Source of the DNA: Bacteroidota bacterium | GTDB lineage: Bacteria > Bacteroidota > Bacteroidia > Chitinophagales > Saprospiraceae | Direction: 5' to 3' | DNA length: 64,000 nt | Assembly: GCA_963169325.1 (NCBI GenBank) | Contig: CAUJEY010000248.1 | Location: 4,710 to 68,709 of the forward strand | Shown: piece by piece, positions 39,601 through 48,270 of the stretch | Layout: each line of letters starts with the position of its first letter | Position numbering within the stretch: position 1 is the stretch's first letter | Notes under the pieces: generated by a model | Told to the model about the DNA's origin: nothing | Database searches by the model: none | What the model saw: only the letters and a program-made list of their open reading frames with translations | Program-made: the position numbers and the translations under genes

Positions 39601-40435
39601 CGATCAGGGAGGGCGTTTCGAACCGCCGGGCAAAAAACGACAGTTGGTCAAACTCCTGGGCCGTAAAGCCGGTTTGACGGTTGAGCCAGATAAGACCCGT
39701 CACAATAGCCAGCAAAAGTGCCGCGCCGGCCAAGGCCTTTCCGCTTTTGGCCCATTGCACCGCGAACTGGAAAGCAACCGCCATCAACAAGCCCAGAAAC
39801 ACCCCGTAAGCCAGGAGTTTCAGCCATTGTACCCATGCGGCCTGCACTTTCCCGGAGGCTTTTAGCCAGCACAAATCCTGGCCGTTGACCTGTACCGGAT
39901 GTTCGGTAGCCGCAAGGCTTACCTGCACCTGCGCCGGAATGGAGTGGTTTACCGGGAAAAGTCCCTGCCGGTATTTGCCCTCATCCAGCGTAAAACGAAC
40001 GGGCACTAAAACCGTCAGCTTGTTTTCAGCATTGTAGTTTTCCTGATACACATAATAATAGCCCAAGGGCAACTCCAGCACCGAACGCGTTTTAGCGCCA
40101 TTCAGCCGGGCCAAAACAGGTAACACCTTATTGTTGGAACAAAACAGGAGCGAATCGCCCCGGTGCAGCAAAACGGTGTAGTCTTTTGTCGCCTGGCCGG
40201 CTAAAATACCGGCCTGGTTTGCCGGCGCCTGCCTGCCTGCCAGGGCGGCATCTAAAATGGAGCGCTCCTGACGCGCCCAGTTTAGCGCGTCGGATTCCTG
40301 GCCGGACAGCCACACAGCAATTTCAGCAGCATACTGTTGCAGCAGTGCCGTATCTTTGTAGCCGCGATCGGCGCTAATGGCCACCGCGAGCATAATGGCT
40401 CCGGCCAAGAGGTACAGGAGCAGGCGTTTTATCAT
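36686..40435 (-). CDS. Large multi-TM sensor histidine kinase (orphan)
   Basis: ATG at 40435 (MIKRLLLYLL). Many TM segments. HisKA H-box WREMARQVAHDIKNPLT. HATPase N/G boxes (NNLIINAIQA, DNGGGIP, GSGLGLAIC). Confidence 0.8.
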   Translation of the reverse strand: MIKRLLLYLLAGAIMLAVAISADRGYKDTALLQQYAAEIAVWLSGQESDALNWARQERSILDAALAGRQAPANQAGILAGQATKDYTVLLHRGDSLLFCSNNKVLPVLARLNGAKTRSVLELPLGYYYVYQENYNAENKLTVLVPVRFTLDEGKYRQGLFPVNHSIPAQVQVSLAATEHPVQVNGQDLCWLKASGKVQAAWVQWLKLLAYGVFLGLLMAVAFQFAVQWAKSGKALAGAALLLAIVTGLIWLNRQTGFTAQEFDQLSFFARRFETPSLIGNSLGDWLLHLALLLWLMVFFHRGFQTGELNHFPAPVRLALASVYYLLTMLSLLVGVEVYRQLVFHSSINFDFDNLLNFDSFSALAFAGIILLLIALFLFGHRLLMTTQRMALPLASRAAGIGVSGLLLYLVCLGYQDHLQVSPLYVAAFALVYVAAFDFFTDWKTPGFGGVVLWLLFFSLSSALLLYRYNNLKDSGLRLSYAQSLAADRDTALAEVQIKKVLAQIRRDTQLNNLLKPWPFKPQTSELRAHLNELIFPERYLFQNYRLGVYAFDSEGLILPQDQAKGRDFVVSENWERGAPLPDAPDIRYGTDAEGIFRYMIKIQALRMSDPTQPAEVYCFFDHQYPQPTRVYSEVFYHLPYKNLDRLSQYDFAVLKNGKLVVDQGHGNQVVFQKTLPNGQGVELITEAPRQVSAVYKSADGNTTAAVGRPLGSWIKQLYLFAVLFALTSLFIFTLALLNTYLHFLPEYYQFNFSTTGSLAKRIHYSNVALIGVAFISIGWLTYRHFNHTAENAERANLDYRAEALLTHLRTQMGGLSPASDSLRRKMPETVATLAASLSTDVNLFSPDGILLFSTQEDLARLGVLPGKMSPEALAMLSREGQTEAVVSEQVAGVEFSGRYLSLRNNQNQLLGFLGVPYYLSERQIGPEVSDFIGMLASIYVFLLLIAYSVSFLLSRSIIRPVQLISEKIKQFQLEDKNLPLEYQGDAQDELSTLIDEYNRMVEKLEESKSQLIRLERESAWREMARQVAHDIKNPLTTMKLSMQQLERVSNDPAQAAAYLKKAITRLIEQIDSLAQIASEFSMFANLDIQQKHDMVLNDVVESVYDLFSEQKEVSLNLRIAPDRYHIAGDKNHLIRVFNNLIINAIQAIPSDRKGDIQVSMYRVNQHAVVQISDNGGGIPPEIQKRVFEPNFTTKTSGSGLGLAICRKIIEALDGNIRFETRENEGTDFFVELPITAIESAERGAKVEVV

Positions 40436-40680
40436 AATATGCTGAGAATATTCAAGCGTCAGGATTCGAATCCGGGCGCAAACAGTTAAACAAGGGGACA
40501 ATAAACGGCATTTTTGCGCCGTACAAAAGTAGTAGAACAAAGTTTACGCCAATAGTAAATCGGGAATCAAAAATTCCTGCCGCTTATCCGACGTTTCAAA
40601 CCGGTTTTTAGTGCCCACAGACCGGTTTTCCAGCGGAAAAGCCAAAAATACAATCCCGTCGATGACGGGTATAAAAAAAA

Positions 40681-41115
40681 CTGCAAACCGCTCTGCCGCC
40701 TGTTTCCCGACACTTCGGTATCGGGATAGGGAGGAAAGTCCGGACAACACAGAGCGCCGCACCACCTAACGGGTGGGGTTTCGGTATCCGAGTAATCGGG
40801 ACCGGGGCACAGACAGGGTCACAGAAAATAACCGTCCCGACATTTCGTCGGGATAAGGGTGAAAATGTGCGGTAAGAGCGCACGGCGTACCGGTGCAAAT
40901 CGGTACGGGGATAAACCTTGCGGGTTGAAATGCCACATACACCTTGCACCCTTCGGGGGATGTGTTGCTCGCACATCGAGCTCCGGGCAACCGGGCCGGC
41001 AAGGGGGGTAGGCAGAACAGAACCCGGCCGTGAGGCCGGGTCCAGATAAATGGCAGAGGCTCCACTCCCCCGTTAAGGGGCAGAGGGGAACAGAATCCGG
41101 CTTACAGGTTTGCAG
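40681..41115 (+). ncRNA. rnpB: RNase P RNA, bacterial type A
   Basis: P1 pairing CTGCAAACC (40681) with GGTTTGCAG (41107-41115). Conserved P4 strands GGAGGAAAGTCCGGAC and ACAGAATCCGGCTTA. Confidence 0.85.
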
Positions 41116-41155
41116 TTTTTTTATTTTACCTTGTATTTTCACCCCAAAAACAACC

Positions 41156-41824
41156 ATGACACGATTAGGTATCTCTTGTTGTACGCTTTTTTCCCTCCTG
41201 CTTTTTTCCTTTACCGGCATGATCAAACCCACCCGAATCGTCTTTTTTGGCGACAGTATCACCGAAGCGGGTGTGCTCCCCGGCGGTTACATTGCACAAC
41301 TGCGCGACACGCTGGCAGCCCGCAACCGGGCAGCCGATTATGAACTCCTTGGCGCCGGCATCAGCGGAAATAAAGTATACGACCTCTACCTGCGGCTCGA
41401 AACCGACGTGCTGGAAAAGAAACCCGATCAGGTATTCATCTGGATCGGCGTGAACGACGTGTGGCACAAAAAAATTCTAGGCACCGGAACCGACGCTGAT
41501 AAATTTGAACGCTTTTACACCGCCCTCATCAAAAAATTACAAGCGCAGGGCATACGTGTGGTACTGTGTACACCCGCCTGCGTAGGCGAAAAAACAGACT
41601 GTACCAACACGCTCGATGGCGACCTGAACCATTACTCCGGTATCATTCGCCGGCTGGCAGCGGAATTCAACTGCGGCTTGTGCGATTTCCGGCAGGCATT
41701 TTTAGCCTATAATTTGAAAAATAACCCGCTAAACGCAGATTCAGGTGTGCTCACTTCCGATGGGGTTCATTTGAATGTCAGCGGAAATACATTTGTCGCG
41801 AAAATGATGCTGGAGAAGATTTGA
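41156..41824 (+). CDS. SGNH/GDSL-family hydrolase
   Basis: ATG at 41156 gives a signal peptide. FFGDSITEAG, GVNDV, DGVHLN blocks. Confidence 0.8.
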   Translation: MTRLGISCCTLFSLLLFSFTGMIKPTRIVFFGDSITEAGVLPGGYIAQLRDTLAARNRAADYELLGAGISGNKVYDLYLRLETDVLEKKPDQVFIWIGVNDVWHKKILGTGTDADKFERFYTALIKKLQAQGIRVVLCTPACVGEKTDCTNTLDGDLNHYSGIIRRLAAEFNCGLCDFRQAFLAYNLKNNPLNADSGVLTSDGVHLNVSGNTFVAKMMLEKI

Positions 41825-41825
41825 G

Positions 41826-41897
41826 GCATTGGGGGCGTTTGTCATTGGGGTCATTGCGTCATTGGGGGCATTCGTCATTGGGTCATTGGGGTCATTC
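41826..41897. repeat. One-armed array of GTCATTGGG-type 8-9-mers (AATGACC family, opposite orientation)
   Basis: GCATTGGGGGCGTTTGTCATTGGGGTCATTGCGTCATTGGGGGCATTCGTCATTGGGTCATTGGGGTCATTCG. It fills the gap between convergent genes. Confidence 0.8.
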
Positions 41898-42704
41898 GAT
41901 GATCGTATTGGCCAGGCAAAATTCCTCGAGATGGCTGGTAAAAATTTCCAGCTTCGATACGGAGACATCTACCTGAACGGGGGTGTGCCGGAGGTGTATG
42001 ATGCCGTTTCGACCGGTTCGTTCCAGACGTTCCACATAAGCCAGGTTAACCAGGTAGCCGTGGTGCGTGCGGCAAAACAGCGTTTGGGGCAGTTCATCTT
42101 CGAATTCGCCGAGGTTGCGGGAGGAGGTTATTTTTTCTATCTTATGGTTTTTCCAGACGAAGATATCCGTAAAACTACCTCCGGCCTGGCAGTATATAAT
42201 ATCGCCGGCACGGAGTACGATGGTTCCTTTTCGACTATCGTTCAGCAGGATGGTCTGCCGGCCCGCCACCTGTAGCAGGGACTGGTCCATTTGCTGAATT
42301 TTTTCGATCGAAACCTGTACTGCCGTTTTCAATTCCGTTACACTGTACGGTTTGACCAAATAAGCCCAGGGCTGCACGGTGTTGATGGCCCTGATTGCGT
42401 ATTTCGGATAGGCTGTAGCAAAAATGACCCCGAAGTGAATTTCGCCACATTGTCTTAAAAAGTCGAATCCGCTGCCTACCGGTGGCATTTCAATGTCGAG
42501 AAACACCAGCTCCGGTTGCAGGTTTGAGGCAGCCTGTATGGCTTCATTGACAGAAAATGCAGTTCCGACAATTTGTATTTGCGGGCAATATTCTTTCAGC
42601 ATGCCCCGCAAGGTATTGATGGCGCCGATTTCATCGTCTATCAACAGGGCGCTTATCTTTCGGATACTGTCGGCGGTACCGATCTTTTTTTTATCGCTTT
42701 CCAT
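41892..42704 (-). CDS. LytTR-family response regulator
   Basis: Receiver domain (ALLIDDE...DIEMP). C-terminal LytTR DNA-binding domain (FCRTHHGYLVNLAYV). Confidence 0.85.
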   Translation of the reverse strand: MESDKKKIGTADSIRKISALLIDDEIGAINTLRGMLKEYCPQIQIVGTAFSVNEAIQAASNLQPELVFLDIEMPPVGSGFDFLRQCGEIHFGVIFATAYPKYAIRAINTVQPWAYLVKPYSVTELKTAVQVSIEKIQQMDQSLLQVAGRQTILLNDSRKGTIVLRAGDIIYCQAGGSFTDIFVWKNHKIEKITSSRNLGEFEDELPQTLFCRTHHGYLVNLAYVERLERTGRNGIIHLRHTPVQVDVSVSKLEIFTSHLEEFCLANTIIE

Positions 42705-45652
42705 ATTTTATCCGGGTTGTAGGTCATAGTTACACGAGTACCCCGGCTATCCGGGCCCTTTCCAGTCATATCTTCTATGTTAAGATTCAAATCTATGTCA
42801 TACAATATATTTAGCGTATTCACTTTTTTGTATAAAATAGATAATCCTTTTGATACCCGTTCTATTCCAGAGTGTTTTTTTTGTATTTTTGATTCGTTCA
42901 AACCAATACCGTTATCGGTCAGCGTACAACATAATATTTTCCCATCATAGGAAAAATCGAGTTTAAGAATAGAAATGCCTTCCGGCGCAATACCGTGTAT
43001 AGTAGCATTTTCCAGCACAGGCTGAAGTAGCATACTGGGAATCGGTGTGTCCGGCGGCACGTGTTCTGTTCCGCTGATTTGGTACTGGAACTTGTTTTCG
43101 AAGCGCAGTTGCACTAATTTCAGGTATTCCTGGTCATAGCTCAATTCTTCTTCGAAGGGAATAAAAATTTGTTCTGAAAAATCCATGGTACGGCGCAACA
43201 GCCGCATGAACAGGGCGATGTATTCGCTGGTTTTTACCGGATCGGGCGGGTGCATAAACTGCTGTATGGCATTGACGGTATTTCCGATAAAATGCGGGTT
43301 CATTTGCGCCTGTAAAGCCTGGAGTTGCAAGGCGGAAGCGGCGGCATTGATCTCGCGATAGGCTACCCGCGCCTTGTAAATCCGGTAGACCCCGTAGCCC
43401 AACCCGAGCCAAAGTATCACATACAGCCACAAGGACTCGTACCAATACGGTTTTTTAATAATTACCCAGGTATCCGAAAAATAACTCCTGACGCCGGAGG
43501 CTTTAACAGCCGTTGTCTGAATACGATACCGGCCGGCCGGAAGAAAGGCGCCCAGGTTAAATGTGCCGGCTTCCACGGTGGTTGTATCCAATCCGCCTTT
43601 AAAGCCGCGGGAAATCCAGGCGCTCAGGTTGTCAAACGTCCACCACTGCATGGGTAACAGCAAATTACTTTTAATGATCTCGAAACGCAGGTTTCCGCGG
43701 AGCAGATAATCCAGCCCGGCCATATCCAATTCTACGTTGGTAATGTTGGAAGGGAGCACGACCTGGCGGTGCATTGGCAGTGAATCAAGCAGGTGCATTT
43801 GCAGGACCTGGTTGCCCAATTGGTACCGAAGCCGGACGACAAGTGTAGGAAAACTACCTTTTTCCTGTTCCGGCCGCAGCACCATGCGCGTAAGCCCGGA
43901 TACGGTACCTGCCCACAAGGTATCGCCGTATACCAGTACATCGTTTACGTCATCATCGACCAGACCATCGTGCGAATCGTAATGCACCACCCGCCAGTCG
44001 CGGTCAATGCCATAAACGCCCCTGTTGGTGGCCAGCCAAACCCGGCCATTTGCTTCTACAAACAGAGATTGTATATTTTCAATAGGGTTTTTCAGTTTTT
44101 TATTGATCACTTCAAGTTGTGTAACGGCGCCGTCTTTCACATTAAGCAGAATCAGACCATCGGCGGGTGTGGCTACCCACAATTGGTTCGGACCGGCCTT
44201 ACGAATCGTCATAATACGGTTTTTCAGTTCCGGAAACATATCCCCCCAGTTGGTCTGAAAACTATCTTTTTCGGAATATAGCCCCCCCACCCCGCCGGCC
44301 CAGATATTGCCCCCGGCATCGACATCCATGGCAGTAAACCGGTTTCCGATAACTAATTTCGGCTGAGCCAGGTCTACCGGATAATTCGTCAGGGAAGTAG
44401 CGCCGGCGTACCAGATGCGATCATTTCGCAGCAACAAGGCTTTTATACTGACATCACTGATAAAAGTTTGACTCTCTTTAAATTGATTAAAATAATGCTG
44501 GAAGGTTTCATCCGACCCAACCCAAAACTCGCCTTTCCCCACGGGTATAATTTGCCGGATATGGTTGTAACCGTCGGTTGTGCCGGTGGGGATCGTCCGC
44601 TCGAGTTTATCTCCCCGAAAAATATTTATGTTTCCGGCGTCGTCCCCTACAAATAATTGCCCCACTTCATTTCGGGCTAGTGAGCGGATATTGACTGACG
44701 GGATGCCTGCTTCTGTGCGGAAATTGACCGGCGCATTTTTTTGGAGCGCAAAAATGCCTTCATTGGCCGTACAGAACCATAGCGTCCCCTGGGCGTCTTC
44801 AAACATTTTAATCATTTTTTTATCGGGCAGATATGTCACAGGGTTCGACAGATCGCCCCGGTCATTATCAAAAAGAATGGCGCCGAAGGCGGGAGAACAG
44901 ACCCAAAACCGGCCCAGTTTATCAGCAAACAGTTGTCCACCCGGCCTGGGCAACTTATCCAATTGGATAATTTTACCATTTTTCCATTCAAACAAAAGCA
45001 AAACTTGTCCATAGGAGTACAGTATCCGGTTTCCGGATACCTGTACCGAACTGAAACCACGAACGCCCTGTATTCGGTAAATGACCTCCACCGATCCATC
45101 GTCGTTAATGCGCATAAAATCGTTGAGACCAAGGGCTAAAAAAGTATCGCCAAATTTTTGAAAACGGACGACCTCTTCCGGAAAAACCCGTTTTTCGATC
45201 CCATTTTCATTCGCATGATAGGTCGTTTTGGTGAGTTCCGTCAGCCACCAGTCTTTTTCCGTTTGTTCGGAAATAAGGTAAGTACCTGTTTTGAAATTAA
45301 TTTGCGCCAGCAGGGAATCCTGTTTTTCGGTTATAATTTTCCCATCGAGCATGTAACAGGGCTTTTTCCGGAAACAAAAGAGCCAGATTCTGCCCTCGCT
45401 GTCTTGCTGCATATTGAGCACCTCCGGATCAGGCAGGCCGTCGGCCACGCCGTAAATGCGAAAATGGGTGCCATCGAAACAGGCCAGGCCTTTGTCGGTA
45501 CCAAACCACAGCAGCCCGCGCTGGTCCTGCAGCCCACAGTACACTAAGTTGCCCGGCAGCCCGTCCCGCACCGTGTAATGCAGGTACGCAGGCGACTGGG
45601 CAGCCAGCGCCTGGAGCCAAAACCCGAACAAAATGGTCCAGCATATTCTCAT
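42653..45652 (-). CDS. Sensor histidine kinase with two-component-regulator propeller, Y_Y_Y and LytS/YehU-type kinase domains
   Basis: Reg_prop-like repeats. TM. NPHFIGNTVNAIQQF His-kinase motif. HATPase C-terminus. It overlaps the RR gene by 52 nt. Confidence 0.8.
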   Translation of the reverse strand: MRICWTILFGFWLQALAAQSPAYLHYTVRDGLPGNLVYCGLQDQRGLLWFGTDKGLACFDGTHFRIYGVADGLPDPEVLNMQQDSEGRIWLFCFRKKPCYMLDGKIITEKQDSLLAQINFKTGTYLISEQTEKDWWLTELTKTTYHANENGIEKRVFPEEVVRFQKFGDTFLALGLNDFMRINDDGSVEVIYRIQGVRGFSSVQVSGNRILYSYGQVLLLFEWKNGKIIQLDKLPRPGGQLFADKLGRFWVCSPAFGAILFDNDRGDLSNPVTYLPDKKMIKMFEDAQGTLWFCTANEGIFALQKNAPVNFRTEAGIPSVNIRSLARNEVGQLFVGDDAGNINIFRGDKLERTIPTGTTDGYNHIRQIIPVGKGEFWVGSDETFQHYFNQFKESQTFISDVSIKALLLRNDRIWYAGATSLTNYPVDLAQPKLVIGNRFTAMDVDAGGNIWAGGVGGLYSEKDSFQTNWGDMFPELKNRIMTIRKAGPNQLWVATPADGLILLNVKDGAVTQLEVINKKLKNPIENIQSLFVEANGRVWLATNRGVYGIDRDWRVVHYDSHDGLVDDDVNDVLVYGDTLWAGTVSGLTRMVLRPEQEKGSFPTLVVRLRYQLGNQVLQMHLLDSLPMHRQVVLPSNITNVELDMAGLDYLLRGNLRFEIIKSNLLLPMQWWTFDNLSAWISRGFKGGLDTTTVEAGTFNLGAFLPAGRYRIQTTAVKASGVRSYFSDTWVIIKKPYWYESLWLYVILWLGLGYGVYRIYKARVAYREINAAASALQLQALQAQMNPHFIGNTVNAIQQFMHPPDPVKTSEYIALFMRLLRRTMDFSEQIFIPFEEELSYDQEYLKLVQLRFENKFQYQISGTEHVPPDTPIPSMLLQPVLENATIHGIAPEGISILKLDFSYDGKILCCTLTDNGIGLNESKIQKKHSGIERVSKGLSILYKKVNTLNILYDIDLNLNIEDMTGKGPDSRGTRVTMTYNPDKIWKAIKKRSVPPTVSER

Positions 45653-46031
45653 AGACGGCTGTTTTGCAGCGAAAAGGTACGCGATGTCTGCGAAACGTAA
45701 AGGTTCGATTGATAACCCTGTCGTTTGGTTAAATAACCGTGTAAAATTGTGGCATTTCCCATGCCAAACGTAGCATTTTGCACGGTTATCAATTCAAACT
45801 ACACAGTTATGAACCGGCGCTTGCCCGGAACGAAAAGGAGGCGTTGATTTGTAGCGTTATTTAGATGTTTGATATGCTTCCGTTGTTCAATTTGCTCATT
45901 TTTACCGTCAGAACCTCCGCATTAAATCTTAAACATTAAACACAAAACATCGGAAGCGACACCCTCATTTCAAGCCAGTAGACGCCAAAGGTCTGTTACT
46001 GCAACGAACCAATAAGTCCCAAACATACAAT

Positions 46032-46076
46032 AGGCCGCATCGGGAGGATATCCCGGTCGGCCTTTATTTTTATTTT
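46032..46076 (+). terminator. Hairpin plus T-run 36 nt upstream of the 46112 start (terminator/attenuator candidate)
   Basis: AGGCCGCATCGGGA-GGATA-TCCCGGTCGGCCT followed by TTATTTTTATTTT. Confidence 0.4.
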
Positions 46077-46111
46077 GCCGTACCTTGTCCCCCGGTAAAA
46101 ATTGTTTCTGT

Positions 46112-47002
46112 ATGACAACTCCAACCGGCACCGGCATCATCATCGGACGTTTCCAGGTCTTCGAACTCAACCCCTTGCACGATCAACTCATTGAATCGGT
46201 GCGGCAAAAACATAAACATACCCTCATTTTCCTGTGTACCAACCCGGCGCCCAGCGACCGCAATCCGTTGGAATGGGAATTTCGCGGACAAATGTTCCAC
46301 GAAAAATACGGCGAAACCATCCCCCTTTATGAAATGCCCGACCTGCCCGACGACCGTATCTGGAGCCAGGAACTCGACCGCCGAATCATGATACTCCGGC
46401 CCGAAAATGAAGTGACCCTGTACGGCAGCAAGGATGAATTTGTCGACCGCTATTCCGGGCGTTTCAACACCGCAGCATTGGACGCGCCGGAAGACGATAT
46501 TCCGGAAGAACTCGTGATAGAAGGCGCCGCCAGCCCGCGCGATTTCCGCGCCGGCGTGCTGTATTCCACCCTGCGCCGGTATCCAACCGTGTATCCAACC
46601 GTCGATATCGCCGTTTTCCGCCCCGGCTATCGCGAAATCCTGCTGGCCCGTAAAGAAAACGAAACCAAATTCCGCCTGCCCGGCGGCTTTACCGACCCCT
46701 CCGACGACAGTTACGAAATGGCCGCCCTGCGCGAACTGGGCGAAGAATGCGGCGATATTGAAGTGGCAGAACTCACCTACCTCGGTTCCTGCCGTATCGA
46801 CGACTGGCGCTACCACGGCTCCATGGACAGCATTATGACCCACCTCTACGCCTGCCTGATCACGGACGGCGAACCGGAACCCAACGACGATATCTCCGAA
46901 CTGCGCTGGTTCGACGTGGATAAACTGCGCATCAGCCATTTTGTGCCGGAACACCAGCCGTTATTCGAGTTGCTGGAGGAGTTTTGGCAGGAGGAGCATT
47001 AG
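46112..47002 (+). CDS. NadM-like nucleotidyltransferase fused to a Nudix hydrolase
   Basis: GIIIGRFQVF... cytidylyltransferase-like N-terminus. Nudix box GGFTDPSDDSYEMAALRELGEECG. Confidence 0.7.
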   Translation: MTTPTGTGIIIGRFQVFELNPLHDQLIESVRQKHKHTLIFLCTNPAPSDRNPLEWEFRGQMFHEKYGETIPLYEMPDLPDDRIWSQELDRRIMILRPENEVTLYGSKDEFVDRYSGRFNTAALDAPEDDIPEELVIEGAASPRDFRAGVLYSTLRRYPTVYPTVDIAVFRPGYREILLARKENETKFRLPGGFTDPSDDSYEMAALRELGEECGDIEVAELTYLGSCRIDDWRYHGSMDSIMTHLYACLITDGEPEPNDDISELRWFDVDKLRISHFVPEHQPLFELLEEFWQEEH

Positions 47003-47010
47003 ACTTTTGG

Positions 47011-47376
47011 TTACCGGTCGGAATGTAATGCCAGCCGGTTCCCCTCCGTATCGATAAAGATCGCCATATACCCATATTCCGGCGAAATCTGCGTTTTAGC
47101 CCGGATGACTCGCCCGCCCGCCGGTTCCACCCGGTCGAGTACGGTTTGCAGGTCGGGGTTGCCGTTGAGATAGATGAGCGGGCCGTGCGTTTCGCTGGGC
47201 TGGTAGGATTCGTGCTGACACAGCGCTGCGCCCACTTCACCCTGCGGGAACATTCCCATTTTGAAACCGCCGAAATCAAGGATTTGTATGTCCACGTCAA
47301 AAAGGGCGTCGTAAAATTTTTTCGCGCGGGCGAGATCGGTAGCGGGGATTTCGAACCAGGTGGACCAAGGTTGCAT
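47011..47376 (-). CDS. VOC (glyoxalase/bleomycin-resistance) family protein
   Basis: WFEIPATDLARAKKFYDALF... and a C-terminal GNRLALHS pattern. Confidence 0.75.
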   Translation of the reverse strand: MQPWSTWFEIPATDLARAKKFYDALFDVDIQILDFGGFKMGMFPQGEVGAALCQHESYQPSETHGPLIYLNGNPDLQTVLDRVEPAGGRVIRAKTQISPEYGYMAIFIDTEGNRLALHSDR

Positions 47377-47385
47377 AGATGTACA

Positions 47386-47531
47386 GGTTGGAAGGTTAGA
47401 AGGTTTGGAGGTTTGGGGATTTGGAGGTTTAGGGGTTTGGAGGTTTGGGGGTTTGGAGGTTTGGGGGTTTGGAGGTTTGGGGGTTTGGGGGTTTGGGGGT
47501 TTGGAGGTTTGGGGGTTTGGAGGTTTAGGGG
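47386..47531. repeat. Tandem array of about 18 RGGTTTGG octamers
   Basis: AGGTTTGG/GGGTTTGG alternate without spacers. The array starts 10 nt upstream of the VOC gene start codon. Confidence 0.85.
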
Positions 47532-47780
47532 ATATCTTTATCTGGATATACTGCTCCCATTACGGGCCGTTTTGTGCCTGTTCTTTTTTTTGATATGACA
47601 AAAATCAGCTCTGTGCTTCTATAGGCAAATGTAGGGCAGGTCAGACGATTTGCGCAAATTTTAAAACAAATAATTTTATAAATTTTTTGTTGCCGAACCA
47701 CGTATCTCGGGGCCCACACTGCCGGACTCCGGGAGGCGTTTTTGCGCGATTGTGAAGGCCGGCAGTTTATGGTAATCCAA

Positions 47781-48074
47781 CTATTCCCCCGGTTCCATCG
47801 CTGCGGCTTCTTCCGGTTTGGGATAAACCTTGCTTAAGCGGAAGCGGCGCAATTCGGCCAAGGTAAAATAGCGCTGCTGGACGGGGTTGGTATCCGCGTT
47901 GCTTTGCGGCAAAATGCCGCTCAGTTCGTAGGTCAATACTTCGCAAGGCCGATATTCGTCGGCGCTCAGGTTTTCGGCGTCGAGTTCGGGCTCGGGTAGT
48001 TCGTTTTTCGCGGACGCAGAAGGACAAACGTAGCGTGAACCGTAGGATGTAACGTATGCAAATGTGTGGCACAA
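47781..48074 (-). CDS. Hypothetical protein (weak call)
   Basis: Only an ORF with genome-typical composition. No motif recognised. Confidence 0.3.
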   Translation of the reverse strand: MCHTFAYVTSYGSRYVCPSASAKNELPEPELDAENLSADEYRPCEVLTYELSGILPQSNADTNPVQQRYFTLAELRRFRLSKVYPKPEEAAAMEPGE

Positions 48075-48193
48075 TTTTTGATTATTTATTTCGCCCTTCC
48101 GTCTATTTGCCTAATTTTTTATTAGTTTAATAATCATTTTGCCGACTAATCAGACTTTCTATTAAAACAAAAGGCAAATAAAGTTTTATCAAT

Positions 48194-48201
48194 TAGATTT
48201 G
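48194..48201 (+). promoter_or_regulatory. Candidate Bacteroidota -7 promoter element
   Basis: TAGATTTG matches the TAnnTTTG consensus and lies about 70 nt upstream of the ATG at 48271. No clear -33 element. Confidence 0.25.
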
Positions 48202-48270
48202 CAGTTGTTTCGGTACATGTCAACTGACTGCCCCAAAATAACACGTTTCATCTTTTTAATATCCAATCCA

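Noticed and set aside
40455-40485. GGATTCGAATCC motif resembling a tRNA T-arm
   Set aside because: The flanking bases do not form a T-stem, and no acceptor or anticodon arms can be drawn. I see no tRNA in the window.
41030-41155. 5' extension of the SGNH hydrolase ORF
   Set aside because: The extension overlaps the 3' third of RNase P RNA. The ATG at 41156 gives a proper signal peptide.
45800-46076. Assignment of the nadM leader to a known NAD+ (nadA-type) riboswitch
   Set aside because: I could not find the conserved core by eye. Only the terminator-before-start layout is supported, so the region is reported as an unclassified candidate.
46070-46954. 294-aa minus-strand ORF opposite the NadM/Nudix gene
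   Set aside because: The plus strand shows the Nudix box and a nucleotidyltransferase N-terminus. The minus-strand product has no motifs.
47146-47598. ORFs translating the octamer array (GLGVWRFGGLEVWGFGG...)
   Set aside because: The reading frame exists only because the RGGTTTGG repeat lacks stops. Two overlapping frames give equivalent repeats, and there is no start context or flanking coding signal.
48199-48270. TTG start at 48199 for the giant adhesin
   Set aside because: The TTG lies inside a TAGATTTG promoter-like element. The ATG at 48271 is followed directly by a signal peptide.
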